Shown here one piece after another: positions 25,195 through 36,783 of a DNA stretch of 64,000 bases. The stretch is from Mobula hypostoma. Lineage: Eukaryota. The position numbers and the translations under genes were made by a program. The stretch spans positions 78,306,001-78,370,000 of the forward strand of contig NC_086106.1 of the NCBI RefSeq assembly GCF_963921235.1, given 5' to 3'. The notes under the pieces were generated by a model. The model worked only from the letters and a program-made list of their open reading frames with translations. It did no database searches and was not told where the DNA came from. How positions within the stretch are numbered: the first letter of the stretch is position 1; every line of letters begins with the position of its first letter.

Positions 25195-25339
25195 ATTTAC
25201 AGATTAGGATGCTGCACTCGCAAATGGTCCAATGCTTTTAGAGTTTCTGAGCCATTGTGCCATTAGACCGGTTTGTAAGTGCTTTGCTGAAGGATAGCAG
25301 ATCATGAATATTGAAAGAAAACTAAGAAAGAAGAGGAAA
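25195..25339 (+). repeat. 145-bp duplicated unit, copy 1
   Basis: Ungapped match to 31286-31430 with 15 mismatches in 145 nt, counted by hand. Confidence 0.9.
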
Positions 25340-25535
25340 ATGTAGAGTTACATTATTTTCTTATTCTGATGTCTGTTTTGAGCACACCTACAAGAAGCGC
25401 TGTCAGAGGAAAGCTGCACCCAGGCCATGCTCTCTTCTCACTGCTGCCATCAGGAAGAAGATACAGAAGCCTCAGGACCCACATCACCACATTCAGGAGC
25501 TGATATTACCTTTCAACCATCAGGCTCTTGAAGCA

Positions 25536-25947
25536 ACACACACAAAATGCTGGAGGAACTCAGCAGGCCAGGCAGCATCTATAGAAAAAAAAGTACAGTT
25601 GATGTTTCTATCAGAAACCCTTTGGCAGGACTGGAAGAAAAATGCTGAGGAGTCGATTTAAAAGGTGGGGGGGAGGGGAGAGAGAGCTCACCGATCTACT
25701 TCCCAGCTCTTTACTTCATCCCTCCCTCTCTAGGTTTCACCAATCACCTGGTGGTTCTCTCTCCTCAACCACCCCCCCCACCTTTTAAATCTACTCCTCA
25801 GCTTTCATTATCCTGTTCTGCTGAAGGGTTTCGTCCTGAAACGTTGACTGTACTTTTTTCCATTGATGCTCCCTGGCCTGTTGAGCTCCTCCAGCATTTT
25901 GTGTGCATTGCTTGAATTTCCAGCATCTGCAGATTTTCTCTTGTTTG
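25536..25947. mobile_element. Fold-back Penelope-like element with 14-bp TSD
   Basis: Inverted terminal repeats. TSD AGGCTCTTGAAGCA at 25522-25535 and 25948-25961. Mutated hammerhead core CTGCTGAAGGG...GAAACGTTGAC at about 25818. Confidence 0.8.
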
Positions 25948-26879
25948 AGGCTCTTGAAGCAGAGTGGATAACTTCACTCGCCCCAACACTGAACTGATTC
26001 CACAACCATGGACTCACTTTCAAGGACTCTACAACTCATGTTCTCAATATTTATTGCTCAATTATTTATTTTTATTATTTTGTTTGTATTTTTCTTATTG
26101 TATTTGCATATAGTTGTTTGTCTTGTGTGTGGTTTTCATTAATTCTATTCAGTTTCTTTGTTTTTACTGTGAATGTCTACAAGAAAATGAATCTTAGGGT
26201 TGTATATGGTGACATATATGTACTTTGATGATTAGTTTACTTTGAACTTAATTAACCAGCTATAAAATGTATCCAGAGAAATCAATATCTTGGTTGTTGG
26301 AGACAATCAAGGCCCATTAGCAGTTAAATCAATCTCTCTGAGATCCTTTCTTGGGATACCCAGGTTTCTTTTGATGGCAACTAGAATAATAAATGTTTTA
26401 TGTGGTGTGTGTGGTGGCAATCTAGGATCCCTAATCAGCGTTTGAATGATCCAGTCATGAGAGTCCTGGCCATTCTTGATGTAGAGCTAGAAAACCATAA
26501 TTTTAAATAAGCCAGGACCATCACCATTCCGTCCAGCTAAATTCTCAATTGATTTAAGTTTGTATCTACTCTAATCAGTTTAGCAGCTGGACTCTTCAAT
26601 TAAAGGAACTAACTTCTATCCAACAAGATTTAGTATCTTGTAGGATTTACAAACAACCAGAATTAACATCTTTAAGATCCAGCTTCCTAGTTATGGGTCC
26701 AGGGCCTACATCCAAAGGAACTGTCCTCCAGGTGACTGCAGACAGGTCGGGCCTATTCCTAGAATGGCCCTATCATTTTTGAATTATTTTATGAAAATGG
26801 CCCAATATGAATCCACCATAAATAAACTTTTTAACTTTATACCTGGGCATTTTTTTCTGCCAGCCAAGACTACACCTGG

Positions 26880-27330
26880 GGTAGATAGCTTTCCAGTCAT
26901 TCAAAACACTTTATGCAGTGCAGTCACCCAGGACATGGACTGCACAATGTAGCTGACTGAACATAACTGGAGCCTCACATTGGACTGGGAGAGGGCCTTA
27001 CCTTGTTTAATCTTCCAGTGCATTTGGAGGATTTGGCAGAGAGAGCTCCAGAGGCAGCTTTCCAGTTCCTCAAGGTTCCTGCTATGGTTATTTTAGGTGC
27101 TGCCCTGTACACCGTAAGCTTTGCACCATACTTGAGGTTTTGATCTTCAAATACCCTCGGCCAAAAGCCATGTTGGCACATTCTAGATGGTGGTAAACTA
27201 CTACATCTGTCTTTGTTGAGAGGCGGCTCCTGAAATATGAAAGGTGGTCCATTTTTTTGCAGTGTTCTCCCTACGAACCTTATTGTCTAGTTGCAGTGGG
27301 GTGCAGCAGGAACAGGCTGGAAGAAAACCT
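26880..27330 (-). mobile_element. RTE-clade LINE fragment
   Basis: ORF 26975..27181 contains RVFEDQNLKYGAKLTVYRAA, resembling the RTE post-RT region. Confidence 0.55.
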
Positions 27331-27574
27331 TTAGTGAGAGCACTTGTGGCTATCTATATTGGATAGGAATTAAAAGTCTTTGCTTGAGTTTAGAACTACA
27401 TTATACCATCACACCTAACAATGAGTTTCCCCATGACAGATAGCAGGGAAACACCTCTGTCAATAACCTAGTCGGGCACTCTTTTCTTTAAAGTATTCAC
27501 AATTATGTCATCCGACGTGTCCTAGTGATACCTCCTCTTCATACAGTGATAACAATACCTTTCTAGGAGGAGGA

Positions 27575-27925
27575 TGATTTTTTTTTTACCCTTCTCATCT
27601 GCCTATCACCTACCCCGGTGCCCTCTTTCTTTCCTTTCTCTCATGGTCCACTCTCCTCTCCTATCAGATTCTTTCTTCTCCAGTCCTTTACCTTTCCCAC
27701 CCACCTGGCTTCACCTATCACCTTCTAGCTTGTCTTCCTTCCCCTCCTACCACATTTTTATTCTGGTATCTTCCCTCATTTTTTTCCCCCAGTTCTGGTG
27801 AAGGGTCTTAGTCCGAAATGCCCAATATATTTATTTCCAGAGATGCTGTCTGACCTATCAAGTTCCTCCAGCATTTTGTGTGAGTTGCTTTGGATTTCCA
27901 GCAACTGCAGAATCTCATGTGTTTA
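27575..27925 (+). mobile_element. Penelope-like terminal repeat fragment
   Basis: Pyrimidine-rich tail and decayed hammerhead (CTGGTGAAGGG...CCGAAA), as at 600-1020. Confidence 0.7.
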
Positions 27926-28169
27926 AAATGTTACCATCACTCCAAATGTGTCACTATATATAAATATATATCACAAAACTTTGCATATGAATTTGCATTA
28001 ATGTACAAAGTGGCAAATTATTATTGATACATCAGAAATTAATTCGTATGTTCGCAAAGTACATTTAAAATGTATAAAAAGCTACCAATAATTATAATAT
28101 ACGGGATTGCCTAACTTCAATTCAGAATGTAAATAGATATAAATTGGACAGAACAACCTCTCACCATTG

Positions 28170-28520
28170 TCAGTAACTCGGTTGAACCTAATGATTGACG
28201 GAGAACGGGTGGGTTAGGATTTGGATGAGATCATTTCCGCAGGCGTAGGCGGGTTGTTTCCAGGTGAGAGGGCAAAGCAGAATGGCGGAGGCGAAAGGTA
28301 AAGAAATGGGTTGGCGGCTGGGTTTGGGGCAAGGATTTGTAATGTAGATAGAGGCATGTGTATGAAATCGGAAGGGGGCGGGCAAAGACCAGCGGTCAGG
28401 AAATGAAGAGCACGAAGGCAACTTTACGCAGCGGGCCCTACGCTGACAACTGTTGGGATGGGCCGCGCTTTTGGCCTTAACACATCGGATCAGAAATGTA
28501 CGAAACTATAATGTCGACAG
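28170..28520 (+). promoter_or_regulatory. CpG-enriched promoter region of FUNDC2
   Basis: Local CpG cluster in otherwise CpG-depleted DNA, surrounding coding exon 1. Confidence 0.65.
28282..28297 (+). CDS. FUNDC2: FUN14 domain-containing protein 2, coding exon 1 (MAEAK-)
   Basis: ATGGCGGAGGCGAAAG|GTAAAG, with a good Kozak context inside the CpG cluster. Phase 1 matches exon 2. Confidence 0.8.
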
Positions 28521-28796
28521 GGGCTGAGTTGCCTGATTCTGTAGTTATGTAATTCAATTGTTTATCAACGTAGTTGCAGTAACAGTGCTAATAATATCTG
28601 ATTTCCAGAAAATGACATTCAGCGGTTGGCAACTCATTGTTTGAGCATCCTGTACAATAATTGGCATGTATTGGTGTTTAGGTTTGGCACGAAAGAAACT
28701 TTGTTTCATAAGCTGTGACTTTTTTTTTGGAGCATAGGAAACTTGTGGTGATCTTAGAGGTTTATAAAGTCATGACAGTGGATGATCCCAATCTTA

Positions 28797-29527
28797 CAAT
28801 GGTAAGACTCTTGGTAATGTGGAGGATCAGAGGGACCTTGGGGTCCGAGTCTATAGGACACTTAAAGCTGCTATGCAGGTTGACTCTGTGATTAAGAAGG
28901 CATACGGTTCATTGGCCTTCATCAATCATGGAATTGAGTTTAGGAGCTGAGAGGTAATGTTGCAGCTATATAGGACCCTGGTCAGACCCCACTTGGAGTA
29001 CTGTGCTCAGTTCTGGTCACCTCACTATAGGAAGGATGTAGAAACCATAGAAAGGGTGCAAAGGAGAGTTACAAGGATGTTGCTTGGATTGGGGAGCATG
29101 CCTTATGAGAATAGGTTGAGTGAACTCAGCCTTTTCTCCTTGGAGCGATGGAGGATGAGAGGTGACCTGACAGAGGTGTATAAGATGATGAGAGGCATTG
29201 ATGGTGTGGATAGTCAGAGGCTTTTTCCCAGGACTGAAATGGCTAACATGAGAGGGCATAGTTTTAAGGTGCTTGGAAGTAGGTACAGAGGAGATGTCAG
29301 AGGTAAGTTTTTTACGCAGAGAGTGGTGAGTGCGTGGAATGGGTTGCTGGCAGCGGTGGTGGAGGTGGAAACGATAGGGTCTTTTGAGAGACTCCTGGAT
29401 AGGTACATGGAGCTTAGAAAAATGGAGCACTATGGGTAAGCCTAGGTAATTTCTAAGGTAAAGACATGTTTGGCACAGCTTTGTGGGCCGAAGGGCCTGT
29501 ATTGTACTCTAGGTTTTCTATGTTTCT
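28797..29527 (+). mobile_element. Young 5'-truncated CR1 LINE in FUNDC2 intron 1
   Basis: ORF 28957..29439 (LYRTLVRPHLEYCAQFWSPHYRKD...FFTQRVVSAWN) with a TTTCTATG tail. Confidence 0.9.
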
Positions 29528-29705
29528 CCCCAGGATAGATGAGTTTAAAATTGGAGGCTTAGGGTGAGAGAGGAGAGATCTGAAGGGCACGTTTCTTTTA
29601 CACAGAAGGTGTATGGAATGAGCTTTCAGAGGAAATGATAGAGGCAGCTACAATTACAATGTTTAAAATACATTTGAGCAAGTTCCTGGATGGTAAGGTT
29701 TAGAA

Positions 29706-29785
29706 CAGAGGTTCCCAACTTGGGGTCGACAGACCCCTTGGTTAATGGCAGGGGCCCATGCATAAATAAAGGTTGGGAACCACTG
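29706..29785. mobile_element. 80-bp hAT/Charlie-type MITE
   Basis: TIRs CAGAGGTTCCCAAC / GTTGGGAACCACTG. 8-bp TSD GTTTAGAA (29698-29705) / GTTTAGAG (29786-29793). Confidence 0.8.
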
Positions 29786-31285
29786 GTTTAGAGATATAGG
29801 CCAAATGCAGGGAAAGGGAAGGCATCTTGGTTGGCAGGGATGAATTGGGCCATAGTAGTACATGTTTGATAATGCAATGGAATTTGTACCAATAATGGAA
29901 GATCAACTATTGATAACCCATATTAGCATAATGGTTGCAGTGAGTGATGTTAAGGTATGTCTATAAACTTGGCACATTCTGTTCAGAAAACAAAATTAGT
30001 AAGTATGTGGCTCTGATACATCTATGAGGAAATGGAGTACTTCAGTCAGAAGTTTAAACAATAGTAATTCTGCAACAGTTTTTCTCCCCATTATTACATC
30101 ATTAAAATTAACTATCCAATCTAGTACTTCTCTACAGACTGCAGTATTTGTTGCCTTTTTTGAATGGTGTTGGTCTTGGGAGCTATAATCTCTGGATAAG
30201 GGTTAAGCCACTTAAAATCTTTCTCCATGGGAATTGTTTTCTATTGGGGTTGTCAATCCTTGGAATTTTCTACTCTGAGTTATTAAAAATATTTAAAGCT
30301 ATATTTATAATACAAGGGGAACAGGGTAGAAAACTATAATGCCAAAGATCAAATAGGCTGTAATTTTATTAATAATGTAACACTCTATGTCCTGTTCTTA
30401 TTTAAGTTAATATGCCTGTAAGATTTTTCATGTAATGGCTGCTCAACCATCTCTTGCATATAACTGTATGCCTGAGATCCTTTTAAATAGTTGTCTCATA
30501 GCAACTGACTCCAGAAGGTCCACATTAAAAAGATTTTTTTTTTGGCTCGGCATTATGTGCTGTTTGCTTCTCAGTGCATAAGTCAAAGCATTAGGTTTTC
30601 CATCAAATGCAGAGTGAGTTGATCCTTCTATCAACTTCTCTAAGTAGCTACACCTCTGTGGGACTTGTACCAGAAAGTGTCAAAGACTATAGTTGGCTTT
30701 GATTATTTTCTTGTCTTGCTTACTAACATCTGTTTTCCAAAGCTGGGTGCTTTATGAAAATATGGTTGATTTATATCCTGCCAAAACACGGGAAACAAAT
30801 GGGGCATTGACGTTTTTTTTTCAAAACGAATTCTTGTTGAGTTAAGAACATCTCAATAAATATTTCCTCATATAGTTCCGTGCCACACACCTAGTTTGAT
30901 AGCAAAGAGAGAGAGATCTACACCATAATAACAACAGCAGCTGCTCACGTCCATCACTTGACATTTGTTGGACTGAAATCCTGAAAGCATTCCTTTAGAG
31001 GCTTGAGCTTATTGAAATGTGACAGCTGATGTGAGGTGCTAGGGATTAAATAACAGCATCATTAAATCTTGAACCCCAACTTCAGCTTTCTTTTTGAGGT
31101 TCAGACTATTTGAGACAGGAATTTTTTGTGACCATCACTGTGATATTGTGAAAGGTGTTACTGTGTGGACTAAACTGGGACTTAATTCTTCTGCTTTTCA
31201 AGTATTTCTCCATGTTATATAATAAATATATTTTGTTTTCTAACTAATATATTACTATATATAGCCAAGTCTTTTTATTTATAAA

Positions 31286-31430
31286 ATTTACAGATTAGGA
31301 TGCTGCACTCTCAAATGGTCCAATGTTTTTCAAATTTCTGAGTCATTATGCCATTAGACCTGTTTGTAAGTGTTTTTGTGATGGATAACAGATCATGAAT
31401 ATTGAAAGAAAAATGAGAAAGAAGAGGAAA
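31286..31430 (+). repeat. 145-bp duplicated unit, copy 2 (FUNDC2 intron 1)
   Basis: About 90% identical to 25195-25339. Confidence 0.9.
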
Positions 31431-31460
31431 TTACTTTTGTATTATGTTGTTTGGTTGAGC

Positions 31461-31900
31461 CCATCGAGCACATCTATTATCACGGACCCCACCACCCACG
31501 CCATGCTCGCTTCTCGCTGCTGCCATCAGGGGATACCAGAGCCTCAGGACCCACACCCACACCACCAGGGTCAGGAACAGTTATTGCCCCTCAGCCATCA
31601 GGCTCTTGAACCAGATGGAATAACTTCACTCGTCCCATTACTGAACTGTTCCCACAACCTACGCACTCATTTTTAAGGACTCTTCATCTTATGTTCCTGA
31701 TATTTATCGCTTATTTATTTAATTGTATTTGTACAGTTTGTTGCTTGCCCATTGGTGGTCTGTCTGTCCTGCTAGGGTGGTCTTTCATCGATTCTGTTAT
31801 GTTTCTTGGATCTACTGTGCCGATCCGAAAGAAAACAAAACTGAGGGTTGTATATGGTGACATATGGGTACTTTGATAATAAATTTACTTTTAACTTTGA
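31461..31900 (+). mobile_element. Rex1/Babar LINE 3' tail
   Basis: Homologous to 25380-26250; ends GATAATAAATTTACTTTTAACTTTG. Confidence 0.75.
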
Positions 31901-32265
31901 GCTTTCCTTTAATGGGCCAGATGCTGTTAGGAGTATTTTGTAATTCACACATTTTGGTTTGTTGTCTATTGGCATGTATTAAAGTTTATTACACTAGAAT
32001 AGCTCTTGGCTAGCAGTGTAACAAACAGTGTCACAATGCACGTGTTTGCATTATTCAGGGTGGCTGGTACAAAGTGCAGTTTCATTAATTGCACCAATAA
32101 GATAATTCATCCATTAAGCTTATTCATGTCAAAGATTGGCAGTTCATTTGGCACTTCATCATGGTGGTGGTTTTTTGTACAGTTTGAAAGCAAGTACCAC
32201 TGAGCAGGATATCTGCATATATGTTCTAACAAAACCAAAACTTGGACTTCATTCATTTTCTCTAG

Positions 32266-32422
32266 AGCAGGGAAATGAAAGTGACCAGTTTGAGGTGTTG
32301 GATTTGGCTGAATATGCTAAACGACAAAGATGGTGGAACCGATTCTTCGGCAGAAACTCTGGACCCATTGCTGAGAAATATACAGTAGCAACGCAGCTGA
32401 TGATTGGAGGAGCCAGTGGATG
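32266..32422 (+). CDS. FUNDC2: FUNDC2 exon 2
   Basis: Acceptor TTTTCTCTAG| and donor TG|GTAAAC. Encodes [53 protein letters not shown]. Confidence 0.95.
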
Positions 32423-33288
32423 GTAAACTGAACACTTTTTCATAATGGTCTTGAGCAGAAAATTGAACTCTGCTTACTTTATATTTATCCTGAATTAAGG
32501 AGGGAGACCTGGAAGAGTTTGTAATACTGCAAATGTTGCTACGTGGTCACTCTGTTATGATTTTTTGTGCTGCTTCTTGTAGTATTCCAATGAATAGAAT
32601 GAGTGTGATCTAGGAACAAAATAAGTTAATTTTATAAAAACCAAATATCACATCTACTGTGATCCTATGGAAATGAAGATTAGATGTCTCAGTTGATAAG
32701 CTACCTGAGTGAAAAGAAAATAAACTGATTGGTAAACTCTATTAGCTGGAAGTTGCTGGCCCTTTTTAACTTGCTTTCTAGTTACACCAAATAACATTTA
32801 TTCCCTTGATGTGCTCCCACCAGATTTCATTCGAGGAAGTATTCGGAGCTCATTGTATGTTCCTAGCTGATGTAGTACTGGAAAGTAGAACAGTTATTAA
32901 ATATTCTGTAATCAAATGCTAACAGTGTGAAATAACTTCAAATTCAGTACTGACAGCCCAATGACCTATATGAAAGCTGATTAGGGCTCTGAATGTTTAC
33001 ATAAGTTTGGATTGTTTGATATGTAAACCAGTGTAATTCACTCACTTTGGGATTCTGGCAGGCCTAAGAAATGTACAAACTCATTTTCAGTATTTTGTAC
33101 AACTTAAGCTCAAGGACCTGTGTTTTAGTTTCTTGTCACATACTCCTCTCCTGTAACTTGTAAATGCTAGTACTGGATGTCTTGCCTTGATCCTCAAGTG
33201 AATCTAACAACAAATCTATCAGTATTTATACAGTTTGTTTTTCTGAAAATGTTAAGAAAAGATCGAATTTTTATATAATTTTTTTCAG

Positions 33289-33364
33289 GTGTGCAGGCTT
33301 CCTCTTTCAGAAAGTTGGTAAATTAGCTGCAACTGCAGTTGGTGGAGGCTTCTTCCTGCTACAG
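33289..33364 (+). CDS. FUNDC2: FUNDC2 exon 3
   Basis: TTTTTCAG| ... CAG|GTGAGA. Encodes [25 protein letters not shown]. Confidence 0.96.
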
Positions 33365-34355
33365 GTGAGAGTGACTTGATTCTGTCAAAAATGACTGAAA
33401 TATAAATTGATTAAGTTCATGTACAGGACAATGATACAATTGGGGGAGCTCAGGAGAATGTAATGAGGAGGCCTAGAAAAGGAAGAAACTTGTTCGTAAA
33501 CCCAAGATTGTTTGCTTTTTTGTAAAATTAATGGGCAGTCATATCACACATAAAACAAATATAAGTGCATTTAGTTGGTAGGGAATTCAGTCTTGAAGAA
33601 GAATAGATCAAGTTGGATTTTAGCTAGAGTTCCACTGAAAGCACTTGTGGATTCACTTCTGGATGACCTTTTTCTGCAAACTATGTAACTGGTAAAAATG
33701 TCTTGCACCCATTATCTTGTATTTCACTGCGGAGTGGCCTGCTACTGCTGCTTGTTACTCTTACCAGAGTGAGTCATTACGCTGCATTCACATTTCTGTA
33801 GCTGTCTTCTCTGTCCATACCTCATTTTTGATTTACATTCCATTCATAAAGTTTCTTTGCAACGATTTTAATTATTTTTCCGTCCAGAAACCACAAACTA
33901 TAACTGCAGAAACAATTTGAAGAGTAACTAGAAACTGGAGGGGTGGATGATGTCCATTTTACTCTGTGGAGAGCTGGATGGCAGGCAGATCATTGCAGTA
34001 GAAGGCTGGGTAGTTAGATCTCTGTCTCGCTGTCTCTCTCTCTCTCTCTCTCCATTGTTGATGCTATGATTTTTATGTGTAAACCCACACTCATGTTTTC
34101 CTCCCTCAAATGACAGAGCAAAATGAATGTTGCTCAACCAGTAGTTAATTCAATCACCAGAACACAAGTAAAATGCTTCTTTTACTACTGCCACTTTCTC
34201 TTGTGCAAACTGTGATAACCAACTTGCACGTTAAGAAGGAAAAAACAAAACCAAGAAATAAGCGTTTCTTGCATCACAAGACAGATTTTGCATAACTTGG
34301 TACCAAATCAAGCTGCACTGGGAAAGATGGTGTAATAATCTAGTGTTTCTTCCAG

Positions 34356-34484
34356 ATTGCCAATCACACGGGCTACGTCACTGTTGACTGGAAACGAGTG
34401 GAGAGAGATGTGAACAAAGCAAAGAAGCAGTTGAAAATTGGCAAAAATAAGGTTGCATCGGAAGTACACGGTGCATTTGATGAG
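34356..34484 (+). CDS. FUNDC2: FUNDC2 exon 4
   Basis: TTCTTCCAG| ... GAG|GTAAGG. Encodes [43 protein letters not shown]. Confidence 0.96.
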
Positions 34485-36503
34485 GTAAGGAGATGATAAC
34501 ATAGATGTGTATTGCTATCTAACTGCATTAACCAAATAAAGGCCAATGTGATGAAAACAACCTAGTGCGGTTTTCCTTAGTCAATTCTATTTAAGAGGAG
34601 CTGAATACTTTTAATTTTGGTCTATTGACATGTTTAAACTAATAAGAGAAATTACTTACTCCTGCCTATCACTGGGCAACCACTGTCTCCCACTCCGTCC
34701 CACCCCTCCCTTTCTCAGCTGGTTTCACTTGTCTGTAATCTCCATCTTCACCTATTGCCTGTCAGTCTCAGCTTTGCCCTCCCTCTCACCTCTTTATACT
34801 TCCTATCTCCCCTCAGCACTCTCATTCCTGAAGGAAGATCTCGACTTAAAACACTGACTATCCCTTTGTCTGCACAGACTTGCTGAGTTTCTTTAGCAAG
34901 GTTTTTTTCACTCAAAGTTCCAGCAATTGCAATCTCCTATGTCTCTAGAATGGCCATGTTTAGATTCCTGTACGATAAAGTATGTTTTGTTTAAGAATAA
35001 TGTTACTACTTTCAGTTATGACATTTTCAGCAAACTACCTCACTGTCTTTCAAACCCATTATTTAAAAAAGACAATCTTACCTTGTCAGTTGTGTTGCTT
35101 TCCATCAATCCTTGAATTTATTAAAAAATCTTAAATATCTGCTCTTTCTCCTTGCCCCCATACTAAGAATTCTGAGATGTTCTCTTGCAGACTTGAAGTT
35201 GTTCCATAACAGAACACTATTACTGTTATATGGTCACATGTTTTCTGCAGAGAAATATTGTGGAAAGTATGATGCAGTAATAGGATTCAGTCAGTCTGCA
35301 GAGGGGAAAGCTATAAATATGTGTGTGCAATATGGAAACATCAGATGGTGTGTCAGTATATTTATCCCATGGGCAGATCTGAAAAGATTGCTGGAATATT
35401 GTGAATATAGTTTAAAAGTAAACATCTGGAATGAAAAAAAAAATGAGGCCCCTACTTGTAAGTGATCAGTGCTTATATCTTTATAGTAGTTTTTGTTTTA
35501 CACTTGCTGCATCGTGTTGACTACATTGAATTTTTAGTTCAAATATTCCTTTCCAGTGCAGTAGTTGAAAACATTATAGATTTTCCACTATTTTCCCCTT
35601 TCCTCTATATTTCATGTGAATTCTGTTTCATACTAGTGTACTTATTGCATGAACAGTACCAGTTTTGTTAGTACTTTGTCCATGTGACTAATCTGTCGGG
35701 GTGCACATCTGTCTTTAGCATTTTCGTAAAATCATAGCACTGTCCTTCATCTTTTTTTTTCTGGGGAATCTCATCTTCCTCATTCCTCACATTATTTCCT
35801 GCTGCCAATTCTCCTTTTCTCTCGCTTGCATCTGAGTTCCGATTCACTTGCAGAATTGTTCCTTTTGTAACCATCCAGATCATTAATACCTGTTAAAAAG
35901 AGCTGTGACTTTTGAACTGGTCTGTAGGAGACACTACTTTAGTTATTTTTAAAATACCTAGAGGGAAATGTAAACTGCTGCTTTGTATTTTCTCTCCACC
36001 TCCGAGTTCTTAACCCAATAAATTTCAATCAAATGCTGTTTTGGAGGTGCATTAACATAACATCAGCAATGCTATCCTTATTTATCATTTTCTTATCAAG
36101 AAATTCAAACCATTTTATCAGGCATTATTTTTATTTCATAATTCTACACTAGCTTGTTTAAAATCAACCTATATCAACTATACTTGTCCTTTTCTGTTTC
36201 TGTTAAGTTCTTTCCTCACTTCTTTAGGTCACTAGCCAATGTTTGCTAGTGCCAGATTTATTACTTCATTTTCAGAGGGGTGTAGCATTTTGCAATCTTC
36301 TGGCACCCCTTCCATATCCAAGAATTGTAAAGTTGTATACAGAACTTTTGCAATTTCTTTTATTGCATAAAACATACAAAGACTTTGATTATGAGCTGTT
36401 TTTAGTTTTTTATTTCACTAATAATGTTTTTGAGTTCTCAGATGCTTTGAAATGTTAAAAAAATGCTAACCAGTATTTTCTCTCTTCTTCTTCCACCACG
36501 TAG

Positions 36504-36581
36504 GTGACTGTGTTTGTGAAAAAGAACATTGTCCTCACAGGTGGTTTTGTAGGTGGCTTCCTAATTGGACTTGCATCATGA
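36504..36581 (+). CDS. FUNDC2: FUNDC2 exon 5 (last coding exon)
   Basis: Encodes VTVFVKKNIVLTGGFVGGFLIGLAS*. Total CDS is 456 nt (151 aa). FUNDC2 rather than FUNDC1 is assigned mainly by synteny with CMC4-BRCC3. Confidence 0.95.
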   Translation: MTVFVKKNIVLTGGFVGGFLIGLAS

Positions 36582-36777
36582 GGATTAGTTGAAGATGTTA
36601 TTTTGAGTGAAGAACTATACTCCATAATACTTCCGTCCCTACCCTCCAAAGCATTGATAGATTGTATGTATTTTGTAGGGTGAGTGGCCCACAGATCAGT
36701 ACTGAGCAAGCGGCTTTATTGTATTGCACTGAAGGGAATTTTCACTGCTGGATTCTTGGCCTCGCCATTCTTAATGA

Positions 36778-36783
36778 AATAAA
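36778..36783 (+). terminator. Candidate proximal poly(A) signal of FUNDC2
   Basis: AATAAA about 200 nt after the stop, followed by T/GT-rich sequence. A longer UTR to the AATAAA near 39199 is also possible. Confidence 0.5.

Larger units (their letters stand above)
24215..26250 (+). mobile_element. Rex1/Babar LINE fragment(s) with several nested insertions
   Basis: IKFADDTNVIG and ERVSNFKFLSVIISEDL motifs. Interrupted by a CR1 tail (about 24678-24845), two fold-back elements and a 145-bp unit. Confidence 0.75.
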
